A stretch of 64,000 bases of DNA from Obrimoposthia wandeli (GCA_977020255.1 CDROCS010001089.1:1-64000), one strand, 5' to 3'. Shown: positions 50,581 to 61,692, numbered from the stretch's first letter. A program made the numbers and translations. Notes: generated from the letters alone by a model not told the origin.

Positions 50581-52063
50581 GATAATCGCAGAAAACAAGC
50601 ACAGCTCTGATCAAGAGCAATCAACATCTCACAGTACTGTCGAGACAAGCAGTGCAGACAAGCCGATAACGTCAACTACTGCTAGTGATTCTTCAAATAT
50701 TGATATGTCCAAAACAGGCACGCCAAGTGAAAAGCCTGACATAGAAGCTCAAGCCGCTAAAGCACCTTCAGTTACAACAAACACTGAAACGAATAACGCT
50801 GTCAAGAGCGATTCTAAAGCCACCAAGAACAATGCAGCACCTGCTAAAGCCACCGCTAAAGAAACAGCCAAGACTTCTCAAAAAAGCACAACTAAAGCCG
50901 AATCTAAAACTCCTGCTAAAGCCTCACCAAAAGACACTATTGATAGCAATAATGACAAGCCTTCAAATACAACAGGTAAAGTAGCATTAGTTATTTCTAT
51001 TATAGCGTTGGGCATAGCCGGTTTTCAGTACTATCAAACACAGCAAGGCGCTACTGAAAAATTAACCGCAGCTGCCAACATTAGCAATTTAAAGCAAGAG
51101 CTAAATGCCAGTATCGATTCAGCGGTAAACACTGCCAATCAAGTTAAAACACAAGCGGATGCTGCACTGAGTAAAGCGACTGCGGCTATCGCAGAAGTTA
51201 ACGAAAACTTGCAACAATTAAAAGCTGCAGAAGCACAAAAATCAAGTGATATCGATGTTTTGCAAAACCGGCTAACTAAAAGTATTCAGCAGGTTGAGTC
51301 TTCAAGCCTTAAACAGAATTCTCGCAAAAACTGGTTACTCGCTGAAGTTGAATATTTACTGCGTTTGGCTAATCAGCGCGTATTAATGGAAAACACACCT
51401 ATCGGTGCCCTTGCATTATTAAAATCAGCAGATCAAATCCTTCAACAAACAGATGATGTTTCAATTTTCTCGGTTCGAAAAGCACTGGCGGCTGATATGG
51501 CAGCCTTAGCAGCTGTGCCACATATCGATCAAGAAGGTATGTATTTAAGAATCGACGCACTAAGCACACAAATAAACCAACTAAAACTAGTACCGCTTAC
51601 CGATAAAAAGAAATTACCTAAAATTATCGATGACGTTGCTACAGATGCCGTTAAAGATGCTCAATCGCAAGAGAGCAGTTTTGCTAAAGCTTGGAACAAA
51701 GCAAGTGCTAAATTAGAGAAGCTCGTTGTTATTAGCTACCGTGACAGCGCGATTGAACCTTTGTTATCTCCAGCGCAACAAGCGGGATTACTACAAAATT
51801 TACATATCTTATTCGAGCAAACTCAGCTGGCACTGTTACAGCGTAAACAAGCACCTTACCAACGTAGCATCGAAAAAGCGGAACTTATCATCAACACTTA
51901 TTTTCAAGCTAAAGACGGCACTACCCGAGCTTTATTGACAGGTTTAAAAGAGCTTAAGAGTGAACAAATTAGCGTTGATTTACCAAGTATTGCCGGATCT
52001 TTAAATACTTTGAAGGCATACTTGAAGCAAGGTGCTGACGTTAAATCAGGAGCGCAAGGCTAA
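50564..52063 (+). CDS. hemX: HemX family membrane protein
   Basis: WLLAEVEYLLRLANQR, ALALL.SAD, RKALA.D; lies in the hemCDXY order and has a long low-complexity N-terminus. Confidence 0.88.
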   Translation: MKKRTKIIAENKHSSDQEQSTSHSTVETSSADKPITSTTASDSSNIDMSKTGTPSEKPDIEAQAAKAPSVTTNTETNNAVKSDSKATKNNAAPAKATAKETAKTSQKSTTKAESKTPAKASPKDTIDSNNDKPSNTTGKVALVISIIALGIAGFQYYQTQQGATEKLTAAANISNLKQELNASIDSAVNTANQVKTQADAALSKATAAIAEVNENLQQLKAAEAQKSSDIDVLQNRLTKSIQQVESSSLKQNSRKNWLLAEVEYLLRLANQRVLMENTPIGALALLKSADQILQQTDDVSIFSVRKALAADMAALAAVPHIDQEGMYLRIDALSTQINQLKLVPLTDKKKLPKIIDDVATDAVKDAQSQESSFAKAWNKASAKLEKLVVISYRDSAIEPLLSPAQQAGLLQNLHILFEQTQLALLQRKQAPYQRSIEKAELIINTYFQAKDGTTRALLTGLKELKSEQISVDLPSIAGSLNTLKAYLKQGADVKSGAQG

Positions 52064-53376
52064 TGAAACGTGTTCTGATTTTATTATTTATAGTATTGGC
52101 CGCCGGCGCTTTTGTCGGCGAAAAAATGGTACAAGATCCAGGCTATGTGTTGATTTCATATCAAAACACTACTCTGGAAACCAGCATTTGGGTGCTAGTA
52201 CTGCTTTCGTTTTTCGCATTCTTAGTGGCACATTGGGCACTAAACTTATTCTTTGGTCTCGGTCTTTCTGGCAGAACTCTAGGATTATGGAATAGTAAGC
52301 GCTCTTCACGCACCGCTCAAAAGCGTACTTCCAAAGGCTTAATCGCTCTTTCTAAAGGTAACTGGTGGCAAGCGCAGCGTTTATTATCACAAGCTGCACC
52401 GCAAGCTGCACAACCATTAGTAAACTACTTAGGTGCTGCTAAAGCCGCTCACGAGCAAAGCAATAAAGAAAACACTGATACCTTTTTTGCGAAAGCGCGT
52501 GAAATTGCGCCAGAGGCAGAAGTCAGTATTGGCTTACAAGAAGCCGAAGTCTTTATTGATAGAGGCAACAGCCAACAGGCTTTCGTTATTCTCAAGCGTT
52601 TACATAGTTTAGCGCCAAAGCATACTCGTGTATTACGTGAATTGGCTGAGTTACATGAAGGCCAAAAAGATTGGGACGGTTTAATAGCCCTGCTACCTAA
52701 GCTGCGTAAAAACAAAGTGCTATCAAGTGAATTACTCGCTGCTATGGAAGCGCAATGCTATGCGCAAATGCTTACCTCTGTAGTTGAAAAACTACCGATT
52801 GAAAGCAGTGAAGACTCTAGATTAAAAGCACTTACCAAGGGATGGAAGGCACTACCTGGCAACCTCAATCAAACACCGCAGATGATCGCGACTTATGCAC
52901 GTGCACTTTTAGCGGCTGGATCTCCCGATAGCGCTGAAAAGTTTTTACGGAACCACATTAAGCGCAGCTGGGATAACGAGCTCATCGAGCTTTATGGTAC
53001 GATCAAAGCCGCAGAACCTATTAGGCAGTATAATTTAGTTTTAAGCTGGTTAAAGAAGCAACCGCAACATACTGAATTACTACTTTGTGCTGCACGATTG
53101 GCGATGTTTAGTGAAAAATGGACTGATGCAATAGCACATTTTGAAGCAAACATTAAGTTACAACCCAGTGTTGCTGCATATCGCGGTTTAGCAAAGCTAC
53201 TTGAAAGCCAAGGCCAGCACGGCAAAGCTTTAGAAATGAGCCAAATGGCACTAGAGCTAACGGAAGACAATTCTCCTGAGATTTCGTTACCCGTTCCTGT
53301 ATCAACAGTTAAAAACGCAGTAGCCAATGAAACCGGCGACATCCCAGCTCAAGCTCAAAAAACGGCTACTAGCTAA
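52063..53376 (+). CDS. hemY: HemY heme biosynthesis-associated TPR protein
   Basis: DPGYVLISY...ETS, GLIAL.KGNW..A, NYLGAAKAA; TAATG overlap with hemX. Confidence 0.88.
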   Translation: MKRVLILLFIVLAAGAFVGEKMVQDPGYVLISYQNTTLETSIWVLVLLSFFAFLVAHWALNLFFGLGLSGRTLGLWNSKRSSRTAQKRTSKGLIALSKGNWWQAQRLLSQAAPQAAQPLVNYLGAAKAAHEQSNKENTDTFFAKAREIAPEAEVSIGLQEAEVFIDRGNSQQAFVILKRLHSLAPKHTRVLRELAELHEGQKDWDGLIALLPKLRKNKVLSSELLAAMEAQCYAQMLTSVVEKLPIESSEDSRLKALTKGWKALPGNLNQTPQMIATYARALLAAGSPDSAEKFLRNHIKRSWDNELIELYGTIKAAEPIRQYNLVLSWLKKQPQHTELLLCAARLAMFSEKWTDAIAHFEANIKLQPSVAAYRGLAKLLESQGQHGKALEMSQMALELTEDNSPEISLPVPVSTVKNAVANETGDIPAQAQKTATS

Positions 53377-53419
53377 AAACTCTTAGTACTATTGAACAAG
53401 GCTTTAGCACCATTTAAAT

Positions 53420-53444
53420 GCGGCAGCAAACCTGCCGCTTTTTT
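53420..53444 (+). terminator. Rho-independent terminator of the hem operon
   Basis: GCGGCAG-CAAAC-CTGCCGC followed by TTTTTT. Confidence 0.8.
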
Positions 53445-53573
53445 GTGCCCAACGGATTAAAGCAGTCTCTAACACAAAGCATGCTATTCCTCAGTACTCG
53501 ATACCCAATGCACGCGTAGCCTATTTATAGGTTCGGGTTATACACTCAATAAAAATAAATTAAGGAAAACTAA

Positions 53574-54536
53574 GTGCCAGATTTTCTCGCTAAACAACTA
53601 CAAACTTTGCCTATCGGTATTTTGGGCCTAGCCTTCGGTATTTGCAGCTTGGGTTGGAGCTTTGAAACTTTTTACCCACTTAATGGTTACTTACAAGCGC
53701 TAACTACATCAATAGCATTAACCATCGTATGTCTAGTTTCTCTTAAGCTATTTTTGTTACCCAAAAGTTTTTACCAGCTGCAACTAGATCCCGCTATAGG
53801 GCCTATTTTACCCACCATCCCCATGACACTAATGGTAGCTAGCACTTGCTTGAGCCCACCGGTTGCTATATTTTTTTGGAGCTTAGGATTAATACTGCAT
53901 TTAATCATATTAGGCTGTTTTATTATTAGCCGTATAACTAATTTTCAATTTGCGCAAGTATCACCAACTTGGTTTATTCCAACTATTGGTATTGTGGTTG
54001 CTCCTCTGTCAGCTCCTTTTGTTTTCCTTCCATCAATGCCACCCGCTATTGACTTATTAAGCTGTGTCATTTTAGTGTTTGCTTTATTAGCGTATAGCTC
54101 ACTATTGCCTATCGTCGTTTATAGATTACGATCTTTACCTTCATTAAACAGTGCGACCAAACCAGCACTTGCTCTATTTTCAGCACCGCCAAACATTTGT
54201 TTAGCTGGATATTTGTCACTCAGCACCCAGCCTAATGTGATATTCACTGTAGTGATGATTTGTTTAGCAATCATCATGACTTGCTTTAGCTACTACACTA
54301 TTGTCAAACAAAAAAACGACGCCTTCGTCCCAACCATTGGCGCTTTCACCTTCCCTTTAATTATTGGCGCCGCCGCGATGAGAGCCACGGCAGACTGGAT
54401 ACACAACTCTGCTAGCGATTTTCACTTTTTATACCCCGTTTTCTCAAACCTGGCACAAATGCAATTTTTAATCGCTACTCTCACCACCTTATGGGTATGC
54501 TATCGCTATCTAATCTTCCTAAAAAACACCCCTTAG
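53574..54536 (+). CDS. TDT (TehA/SLAC1-like) transporter
   Basis: About 10 TM segments; PTWFIPTIGI, FSAPPN, AFTFPL. Confidence 0.85.
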   Translation: MPDFLAKQLQTLPIGILGLAFGICSLGWSFETFYPLNGYLQALTTSIALTIVCLVSLKLFLLPKSFYQLQLDPAIGPILPTIPMTLMVASTCLSPPVAIFFWSLGLILHLIILGCFIISRITNFQFAQVSPTWFIPTIGIVVAPLSAPFVFLPSMPPAIDLLSCVILVFALLAYSSLLPIVVYRLRSLPSLNSATKPALALFSAPPNICLAGYLSLSTQPNVIFTVVMICLAIIMTCFSYYTIVKQKNDAFVPTIGAFTFPLIIGAAAMRATADWIHNSASDFHFLYPVFSNLAQMQFLIATLTTLWVCYRYLIFLKNTP

Positions 54537-54562
54537 CTAATAGAAAAGAAGGATTAACACTT

Positions 54563-55357
54563 ATGAGCCTGCCTCTCTATCAGATCAATGCATTTAGTGA
54601 AAAATCATTTGATGGCAACCCTGCTGCTGTCTGTATTTTAGATGAGACAAAACCGACTCAATGGATGCAATCGGTTGCCGCTCAAATGAATTTATCTGAA
54701 ACTGCTTTTTTAGAGCCAAAAGTTAATAGCTATTCACTGCGCTGGTTCACCCCCATCAAAGAAGTAGATATGTGCGGCCACGCTACATTAGCAAGCGCTC
54801 ACTGTTTATGGGAACAAGGCTACGTCGACAAATCAAAAACGATAGTCTTTGATACGATAGGTGGAAAGCTGACAGCTAGTTTGCAGCAGAAATTGATCAA
54901 ACTTAACTTTCCAATGAATCGCGCTCAAGCAATTAGCAAGCCAGAAGAACTGGTAGCCTTACTTGGAATAGAGCCTATTTTCTGCGGTAAGTTTGGTGAA
55001 AAGTATTTATTTGAAGTTCAAACCCTTCAAGAGCTAATTGCGATAAATCCTGATTTTAGCGCACTAAAGTCACTCCATGAGCGCGGTGTATCTATTACTT
55101 GTGAAGCTGATAAAGATAGCGAGTATGATTTTGTATCACGCTACTTCGCCCCATGGGTCGGCATAGATGAAGATCCAGTGAACGGCTCTTCCCATTGTGC
55201 ATTAGCGCCATACTGGGCAGAGCGAATTGAAGATAAGCCTCTGATGGCCTATCAAGCTTCACAAAGAGGTGGCAAGCTAATAGTAAAAGCAATGGGGGAT
55301 AGAGTCGAAATTTCAGGCACTGCTAAAACAATACTAAGTGCGCAGTTGTTAGTTTAG
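54563..55357 (+). CDS. PhzF family isomerase/epimerase
   Basis: NAFSE..F.GNPAAV, NLSETAF, RWFTP..EVDMCGHATLA, SRYFAP..GIDEDPV.GS.H. Confidence 0.92.
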   Translation: MSLPLYQINAFSEKSFDGNPAAVCILDETKPTQWMQSVAAQMNLSETAFLEPKVNSYSLRWFTPIKEVDMCGHATLASAHCLWEQGYVDKSKTIVFDTIGGKLTASLQQKLIKLNFPMNRAQAISKPEELVALLGIEPIFCGKFGEKYLFEVQTLQELIAINPDFSALKSLHERGVSITCEADKDSEYDFVSRYFAPWVGIDEDPVNGSSHCALAPYWAERIEDKPLMAYQASQRGGKLIVKAMGDRVEISGTAKTILSAQLLV

Positions 55358-55430
55358 TATTGAGTTATCTATATTGCATAAGGAGATATAGTGCCGCTAA
55401 TGAATTGGAGCAGCACTAATTTATCTTTAA

Positions 55431-56786
55431 TTAAACAGATTCTTTAGCTCTTGACGTTTCGCGTTTTTGTTGGGCTTCCAGCATTTTCACGACTTCTAAC
55501 AGCTCATCACCTTTCTCTAGCATGGCATCGCGTTCCGCTAGCACTTCAGACTCTAACAAACCAACCGATTGCAAGACTCCTTTATCTAGCGTTTCTATCG
55601 GCCCATCTGAAAAACCAACTTGTCGCAGTGCTCTACTTGCTAAATTCACCAGCTGCGCATGGTCATTCGCTTTGCTATGCAAAGGGTTATTTAAATACCT
55701 GACACCAACGCACACTTCTTTAGGCAGTGCCCAACACTCAAACAACCAAGCGGCAATTTGTTCTCTGGTTACATTGAGTACATGACGCTCTGTTTGCTCC
55801 ACACTCATATGTGAATTCACTTCCAGATAACGTGATAACAAGGCAAAATGTGGAGGAAAAAGATGCGCTAATGCTGCATAACCAAAATTGTGCACCAAAC
55901 CTGTTAAATAAACCAAACCTGGTTTAGGCGGATTTTCTGCCTGCATTTTTTTGCATAACCGTTCGGCAAGCGTCGCGGTATAAATCGCTTGGATCCAATA
56001 AGGAGTATGTCCTCTTGGTGCTTCATCGGGAATCGTTAGCGTTTTGCCCATAGAGACACCTAATGCTAAGTTCACAACTAAGTCAAAACCTAGCACTCTA
56101 ATAACAGCGTCATCTATCGACTGCAGTTCACCGGGAGTTGCATAATAAGGAGAGGCAGCCCAACTCATTACTTGCGCAGCTAGTGAAGGATCTACTTTTA
56201 CAATTGGCACCAACCGATCCACACTTGCTAGAGGATCCGCACGCAACTCAGTAATTTTTTGCGCAGTAGGAGGCAAGCTAGGCAGTCCTAAGGTATCCTC
56301 TACTCGCTGCTTGATGCGCAGCGCTGTGAAACGTTCAACCGCTTTCACGATGACTTCTTCATCGCTTCCTTGTGGCTGTTGCTCCAGTATTTTTTCTGGG
56401 CTAATCCCCAACTGAATAACACAAGCAGAGCCTGCTAACCACTTTCTAGGTAAATCGAATGCTAATCCAGAATGCGGCTCTAACACAGACAAAGTAGATT
56501 TATCGACACAAGATTTATCCATATAAACAGGGAGCGAAAATAACTTTCGCTGTCCCTCTTTGGTAGCCAATGCATCTTGATTAAAAAATTTAACGATATT
56601 TTCAGCACGTACTGGCTGTAGATGACGCGATGATTCACGCCATAGCACAACCAAATTTAATAGATGCGATGCAGGTAATAAAACTAAAACTTTGCCCTCG
56701 TTATCGTGTAATAGGGCTATACGGATAGTATCATGACTTTCAGTGACGTTATCCAATCTGTGGACTCCAACTGCCAATTGACTCAC
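55431..56786 (-). CDS. HDOD domain protein with degenerate YbaK-like N-terminus
   Basis: LPSLP, DPSLAAQVMSWAASPYY, GLVHNFGY; resembles the Pseudomonas deacylase-HDOD family. Confidence 0.85.
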   Translation of the reverse strand: MSQLAVGVHRLDNVTESHDTIRIALLHDNEGKVLVLLPASHLLNLVVLWRESSRHLQPVRAENIVKFFNQDALATKEGQRKLFSLPVYMDKSCVDKSTLSVLEPHSGLAFDLPRKWLAGSACVIQLGISPEKILEQQPQGSDEEVIVKAVERFTALRIKQRVEDTLGLPSLPPTAQKITELRADPLASVDRLVPIVKVDPSLAAQVMSWAASPYYATPGELQSIDDAVIRVLGFDLVVNLALGVSMGKTLTIPDEAPRGHTPYWIQAIYTATLAERLCKKMQAENPPKPGLVYLTGLVHNFGYAALAHLFPPHFALLSRYLEVNSHMSVEQTERHVLNVTREQIAAWLFECWALPKEVCVGVRYLNNPLHSKANDHAQLVNLASRALRQVGFSDGPIETLDKGVLQSVGLLESEVLAERDAMLEKGDELLEVVKMLEAQQKRETSRAKESV

Positions 56787-56987
56787 CTCTCTTTGAATAT
56801 AAGCTAACGACCCTATACATACATTCTTTGTGTATAATATTAATATATAACGCGTTTTTTATGAATCCAGTAGCAAGATAGCTCTACTATTTTTAAACTT
56901 ACTTGTATATATCTGCTTTAAACAGCTCTTCGCACTCGCTATATCCAAACGCATAAATACAGCTTGTAGAAGAACATTATAACAATA

Positions 56988-57012
56988 TTAAGCGTTTTCG
57001 AGAAACGCTTAA
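56988..57012. terminator. Hairpin downstream of spoT
   Basis: TTAAGCGTTT/AAACGCTTAA 10-bp stem. Confidence 0.55.
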
Positions 57013-57063
57013 ATGCTGGTAACTATTACTCTTATATAAACTAAGCGCCTATTTTTAATAGAT

Positions 57064-59172
57064 TTATACCCTAGACACTCTACTAACAGTACGCAAAGCG
57101 CGCAGTTTTTTAATCGTTCTTGCTAAGTGGATACGTCCTTTTACACCCAGCTCCATGCCAACTGAGTACAGCATTCCTTCTTTTTCTCCTAGATCCATTT
57201 TCAAGATATTAGCACCGCTAGTTGAAGCTGTTGTCGCTAAGTGAGCAATAATGCCGCGCTCAGATGCCACTTCTAATCGTAAGCTAACGCTAAATTCTTC
57301 TTCTAATCCATCAGCCCATTCTAAGAAAATACACTTTTCAGGGTCGTCTTTAATAGTGCGTATGTTTTTGCAATTAGTGCGATGCACAACAAAGCCACGC
57401 CCACTACTTGTGTAGCCTACAATGCCATCTCCAGGAATCGGCTGACAACATTTAGCATATTGAACTACAACCCCTTCCGTGCCTTCGATAGCTAAAGACT
57501 TTTGCGTCAGTTTATTTTCATTAACATCTTCATCAGGCTTTAATTTTCGAGCCACGACATAAGACATTAAATTGCCAACACCGATCTCTTGCAACATTTC
57601 ATCGACCGAATTTAAATTCGACTCTGCCAGGAAGTCGTTCATTTTCTGACTGTCAACTTCATCAGCATTAATACCAAACTGACTCAAAAATTGATTCAGC
57701 AAACGCTTACCCATTAATACTGATTCATGCCGCTCTTGGTTTTTTAAGAAATGCCTGATACTTGAACGCGCTTTACCTGTTACTACAAAATTGAGCCATG
57801 CCATATTAGGTTTAGCACTTGGCGTTCTGATGATTTCCACCGTTTGTCCGCTTTCTAGTGGCTCAGACAATGGAACTAAACGCCTATTTACACGACAAGA
57901 AACACACGAGTTGCCTACATCGGTATGAATAGCATAGGCAAGATCTACCGCTGTAGCACCCGGTGGTAATTCATAAATGAGCCCCTTCGGCGTAAAAACG
58001 TAAACTTCATCCGGAAATAAATCTTTTTTTACATTGTCGATGAACTCCATAGAGTCACCGGCTCTTTTTTGCATTTCCAGTAAATCAAGTACCCATTTAC
58101 GGGCACGCGTAAAAGAGCTTATCGCAATATCAGTATCACCATTTCCTTTATAATAACTGTGCTCGGCAATACCTTGCATGGCCACCGCATCCATTTCTTT
58201 AGTACGGATCTGCACTTCAATAGTAATGTCTTTTGCGCCGAACAGTTCAGTGTGTAGTGATTGGTATCCATTACCTTTGGGTATAGCAATATAATCTTTG
58301 AAACGCCCATGAACCGGCTTATATAGGTTATGCACACAGCCGAGGACACGATAGCATTCATCCACCGATTCAGTCACAATACGAAAAGCAAACACATCCA
58401 TAATATCAACAAATTGTTTACGCTGAGATTTCATTTTTAGATAAATACTGTATAAATGCTTTTCGCGGCCAAAGACAATGCAGTTAAGCCCTTCCTGTTC
58501 TAATCTGGCTTGAATTGAAGATTCAATACTGGTGATTAAATCTTTGCGCTGGCCACGTGCTTTAATAACAGCGTGTCGAATACGTTGTGCGCGCATCGGA
58601 TAATAAGAAAAGAAAGAGAGTTCCTGCAATTCGATTTGGATATTGCGCATACCTAAACGGGCAGCTATAGGAGCATAAATATCTAACGTTTCTTTAGCGA
58701 TACGCCGCCGCTTGTGTGCTGGCATCGAACCTAAAGTGCGCATATTGTGGAGGCGATCGGCAAGTTTAACTAAAATAACGCGAATATCTTCGGCCATTGC
58801 CATGACCATTTTCTGAAAATTTTCGGCTTGAGCTTCAGCTTTTGTTTCAACTTCTAGGTGGGTTAATTTGGAGACACCTTCAACAATGGTAGCTACTGCG
58901 GAGCCAAATTGACCTTCTATTCCTGCGAAGTCAACGTCTGTATCTTCTATCACATCGTGCAGCATAGCCGCCATCAAACTTTGATGGTCCATATGCATTG
59001 TCGCTAGAATACTAGAAACAGCTAGGGGGTGGGTAACATAAGGTTCGCCAGATTTACGCCACTGCCCTTCATGAGCTTGCTCAGCATAAAAATAAGCGCG
59101 ACGCACTTGATGGACCATGTTTAGGTCCAAATAATCAACGAGTCGATCAGACAGTGAGTCGATATTGGGCAT
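57064..59172 (-). CDS. spoT: Bifunctional (p)ppGpp synthetase/hydrolase SpoT
   Basis: AHEGQ.RKSGEPY.THP, LHDVIED, KLADRLHNMRT, RFKDYIA.PK.NGYQSLHT, TGS and ACT domains; follows rpoZ. Confidence 0.97.
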   Translation of the reverse strand: MPNIDSLSDRLVDYLDLNMVHQVRRAYFYAEQAHEGQWRKSGEPYVTHPLAVSSILATMHMDHQSLMAAMLHDVIEDTDVDFAGIEGQFGSAVATIVEGVSKLTHLEVETKAEAQAENFQKMVMAMAEDIRVILVKLADRLHNMRTLGSMPAHKRRRIAKETLDIYAPIAARLGMRNIQIELQELSFFSYYPMRAQRIRHAVIKARGQRKDLITSIESSIQARLEQEGLNCIVFGREKHLYSIYLKMKSQRKQFVDIMDVFAFRIVTESVDECYRVLGCVHNLYKPVHGRFKDYIAIPKGNGYQSLHTELFGAKDITIEVQIRTKEMDAVAMQGIAEHSYYKGNGDTDIAISSFTRARKWVLDLLEMQKRAGDSMEFIDNVKKDLFPDEVYVFTPKGLIYELPPGATAVDLAYAIHTDVGNSCVSCRVNRRLVPLSEPLESGQTVEIIRTPSAKPNMAWLNFVVTGKARSSIRHFLKNQERHESVLMGKRLLNQFLSQFGINADEVDSQKMNDFLAESNLNSVDEMLQEIGVGNLMSYVVARKLKPDEDVNENKLTQKSLAIEGTEGVVVQYAKCCQPIPGDGIVGYTSSGRGFVVHRTNCKNIRTIKDDPEKCIFLEWADGLEEEFSVSLRLEVASERGIIAHLATTASTSGANILKMDLGEKEGMLYSVGMELGVKGRIHLARTIKKLRALRTVSRVSRV

Positions 59173-59244
59173 TATTTAACCTGCACTCTAATTCTATTAA
59201 GATTTACAGTAATAATGCCCCATATTAAGGCGTTAGGATAGCTC

Positions 59245-59454
59245 CTATGCACCAATATCGTTAAGAATTGTGCTGTCTACGTGGCCTTCTGCAATTTCAC
59301 GTAGCGCGATCACTGTTTCTTTATCGTTTTCTTTATCTACGAAAGGCTCTTTCCCGCCTGTCGCTAATTGGCGTGCGCGCTTAGCTGCAACTATTACTAA
59401 CTCAAAACGATTCTCTACATTTTCTAAGCAATCTTCAACGGTGACACGAGCCAT
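59245..59454 (-). CDS. rpoZ: RNA polymerase omega subunit
   Basis: [34 protein letters not shown]. Confidence 0.98.
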   Translation of the reverse strand: MARVTVEDCLENVENRFELVIVAAKRARQLATGGKEPFVDKENDKETVIALREIAEGHVDSTILNDIGA

Positions 59455-59539
59455 GGGGTAAACCTCAATTTTAAATAATTAGTATCAACGATACGTAAAC
59501 GAGCGCGCAATAATACAGAAACATTGATTAAAACTCAAT

Positions 59540-60169
59540 CTATTCGTGCGACTTACCCATCAATCCTGCGAGAGTTTTTTCATTGCGCGTTTGCTGTGGT
59601 GAAAGTCTTAAACGCTGCGCTTTAAATATTGTTGATAATTCACTCAATGCTACTGCAAACTCATCATTGAAAACTAAAAAATCGAACTCTGGATAATGCT
59701 CAATCTCACCCACAGAATTAGCCATTCGATGATCAACCACCGATTGTTCATCAGTACCGCGGCCTTGTAATCTAGCCCGAAGTTCTTGTTGTGTCGGAGG
59801 CAGGATAAAGATAGAAACGGCATCAGCCATTTGCTCCCTTACTTGCTGTGCGCCCTGCCAATCAATTTCTAAGATTACATCAGTACCCGCTGCCAGCTTA
59901 GCATCTACCCATGTTTTTGAAGTACCATATTTATTGGTGAAAACTTCTGCATATTCTAAGTAAACATTATCTTCAATTTGCTGATCAAAGATTCTCATGT
60001 CAACAAAATTGTAGTCAACACCATCAACTTCGCCTTCACGCATTGCACGCGTCGTGTCAGATACCGATACTTGCACCTGTGAATCTTGTGCCAGTAGCGC
60101 TTTGACTAAGCTCGTTTTGCCAGCGCCGGAAGGAGCCGAAATAATGTACAAAGTGCCTGTCGCTGTCAT
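59540..60169 (-). CDS. gmk: Guanylate kinase
   Basis: ISAPSGAGKTSLV, SVS.TTR, DGVDYNF, LEIDWQGAQQ, RL.GRGTD; ATG at 60169. Confidence 0.97.
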   Translation of the reverse strand: MTATGTLYIISAPSGAGKTSLVKALLAQDSQVQVSVSDTTRAMREGEVDGVDYNFVDMRIFDQQIEDNVYLEYAEVFTNKYGTSKTWVDAKLAAGTDVILEIDWQGAQQVREQMADAVSIFILPPTQQELRARLQGRGTDEQSVVDHRMANSVGEIEHYPEFDFLVFNDEFAVALSELSTIFKAQRLRLSPQQTRNEKTLAGLMGKSHE

Positions 60170-60552
60170 GCTTGAAATCCAATTATTAATAAAGCACTCT
60201 AATATAGCAAAAATTGCGCTGCGATACAGCTTGAGCACTCGCAAAATAGCTAAAGCTTATCACTAAAAAAAGATACTGCTGTTTCAATTATCTTGTGCGT
60301 TAACCTGCTCGCGCAATGATAGCTAAAATCTATACCCTGCATCAGCGTTTTGTATAGCTATAACATGTTGAGAAACATGGTAAATACTTTTTTCACGCGA
60401 TTGTGATTCGATTCCATTCAAGCCACTAGATGGTTACACACAGCAATGCTAGTATAAGACGCAAATTCAACCGAAAATAGTACTCGTATTCAGCGATTAA
60501 ACCAACGTAAGTACCACCATTTTACTCGCTAACACCCAACAAGGATCACAAA

Positions 60553-61692
60553 ATGCAAACTATACATTGGATAGGCACTGGCCTATCAGCCATCCCTGGC
60601 CTAAGACGTTTAATCGAATTAGATTACCAAGTGGTTGTTTACAATCGCTCTGTTGAAAAAGCAAAACTAGCGGTTGGTGATATCACAGATAAAATCGTTG
60701 CATTTGAATTACAAAGTTTTGCAAGTTGCGTTTGCACTAACGACATTGTTGTTTCCATGTTACCTGGGGATTTTCATGTCCCTCTAGCGCAGCTGTGCCT
60801 TGATAACCATGCACATTTCGTTTCTAGCTCTTATATTTCTGAACAGATGCTGGCACTAAACGAAAAAGCTAAAGAAGAGAATCTATGTCTGGTTAATGAA
60901 GTTGGCCTAGACCCTGGCTTAGATCACAGCATGGCGCACGCGTTAATTGAAGAATATCGCAGTTCAGATGCTTTTGATAAGCAAAGCAGCCACTCATTCA
61001 CCAGTTATTGTGGCGGCCTAAGTGAGGTGCCTAACGAATTTTGCTACAAGTTCAGCTGGTCACCTGCTGGCGTTCTAAAAGCACTTAAAAACACCTCTGT
61101 GAGCATTCTAGATGGCGAAACATACACAGTAACACAGCCATGGAATGCAGTGGATAACTTGCCATTGAACATGAGCTGGGGAAATGAAACGTTTGAAGTT
61201 TATCCAAACCGCGATTCAATCCCTTTCATCAAGCAATACCAAATGGATGACGGCTGGAAGATTAAGCAATTTGTGCGTGGAACACTACGCTATCAAGGCT
61301 GGAAAGATGCTTGGCAGCCAATCTTCAGAAAAATTGAAGAAGGCATTGATGATGCGCAAATCACTGCGCTTAGCGACGAGTTGTGGAAAGACAATGCGAT
61401 TGCTGAAGGAGAGGCCGATCGTGTTGTATTAGCTGTGACACTTAAAGCTGAAAAAGATGGCAAAGTTGTTTGGCATCAAACATATGCTCTAGATGCAATA
61501 GGCAATGCACAAGGATCAGCAATGGCCAAGCTTGTTTCTATTCCTGTGAGTTTAGCGGTTGAAGCGGTCATCAATAAAGAGATTGAAGCTGGTGTCAGCG
61601 CTGCTCCTGATAAGCCGGAACTTGTGGCTCGTTGGTTAAAAATGGCTAACAGCACCACAGATAACTTTGCCTTGGTTGATCACCTAAGTTAA
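60553..61692 (+). CDS. Saccharopine dehydrogenase family protein
   Basis: HWIGTGLSAIPG, VSMLPG, NEVGLDPGLDH, SYCGG, YKFSWSPAGVL, YPNRDS, RGTLR. Confidence 0.88.
   Translation: MQTIHWIGTGLSAIPGLRRLIELDYQVVVYNRSVEKAKLAVGDITDKIVAFELQSFASCVCTNDIVVSMLPGDFHVPLAQLCLDNHAHFVSSSYISEQMLALNEKAKEENLCLVNEVGLDPGLDHSMAHALIEEYRSSDAFDKQSSHSFTSYCGGLSEVPNEFCYKFSWSPAGVLKALKNTSVSILDGETYTVTQPWNAVDNLPLNMSWGNETFEVYPNRDSIPFIKQYQMDDGWKIKQFVRGTLRYQGWKDAWQPIFRKIEEGIDDAQITALSDELWKDNAIAEGEADRVVLAVTLKAEKDGKVVWHQTYALDAIGNAQGSAMAKLVSIPVSLAVEAVINKEIEAGVSAAPDKPELVARWLKMANSTTDNFALVDHLS

Noticed and set aside
60170-60552. Lysine riboswitch upstream of saccharopine dehydrogenase
   Set aside because: No AGAGGUGC/AGUA-type conserved elements or adequate stems were found.
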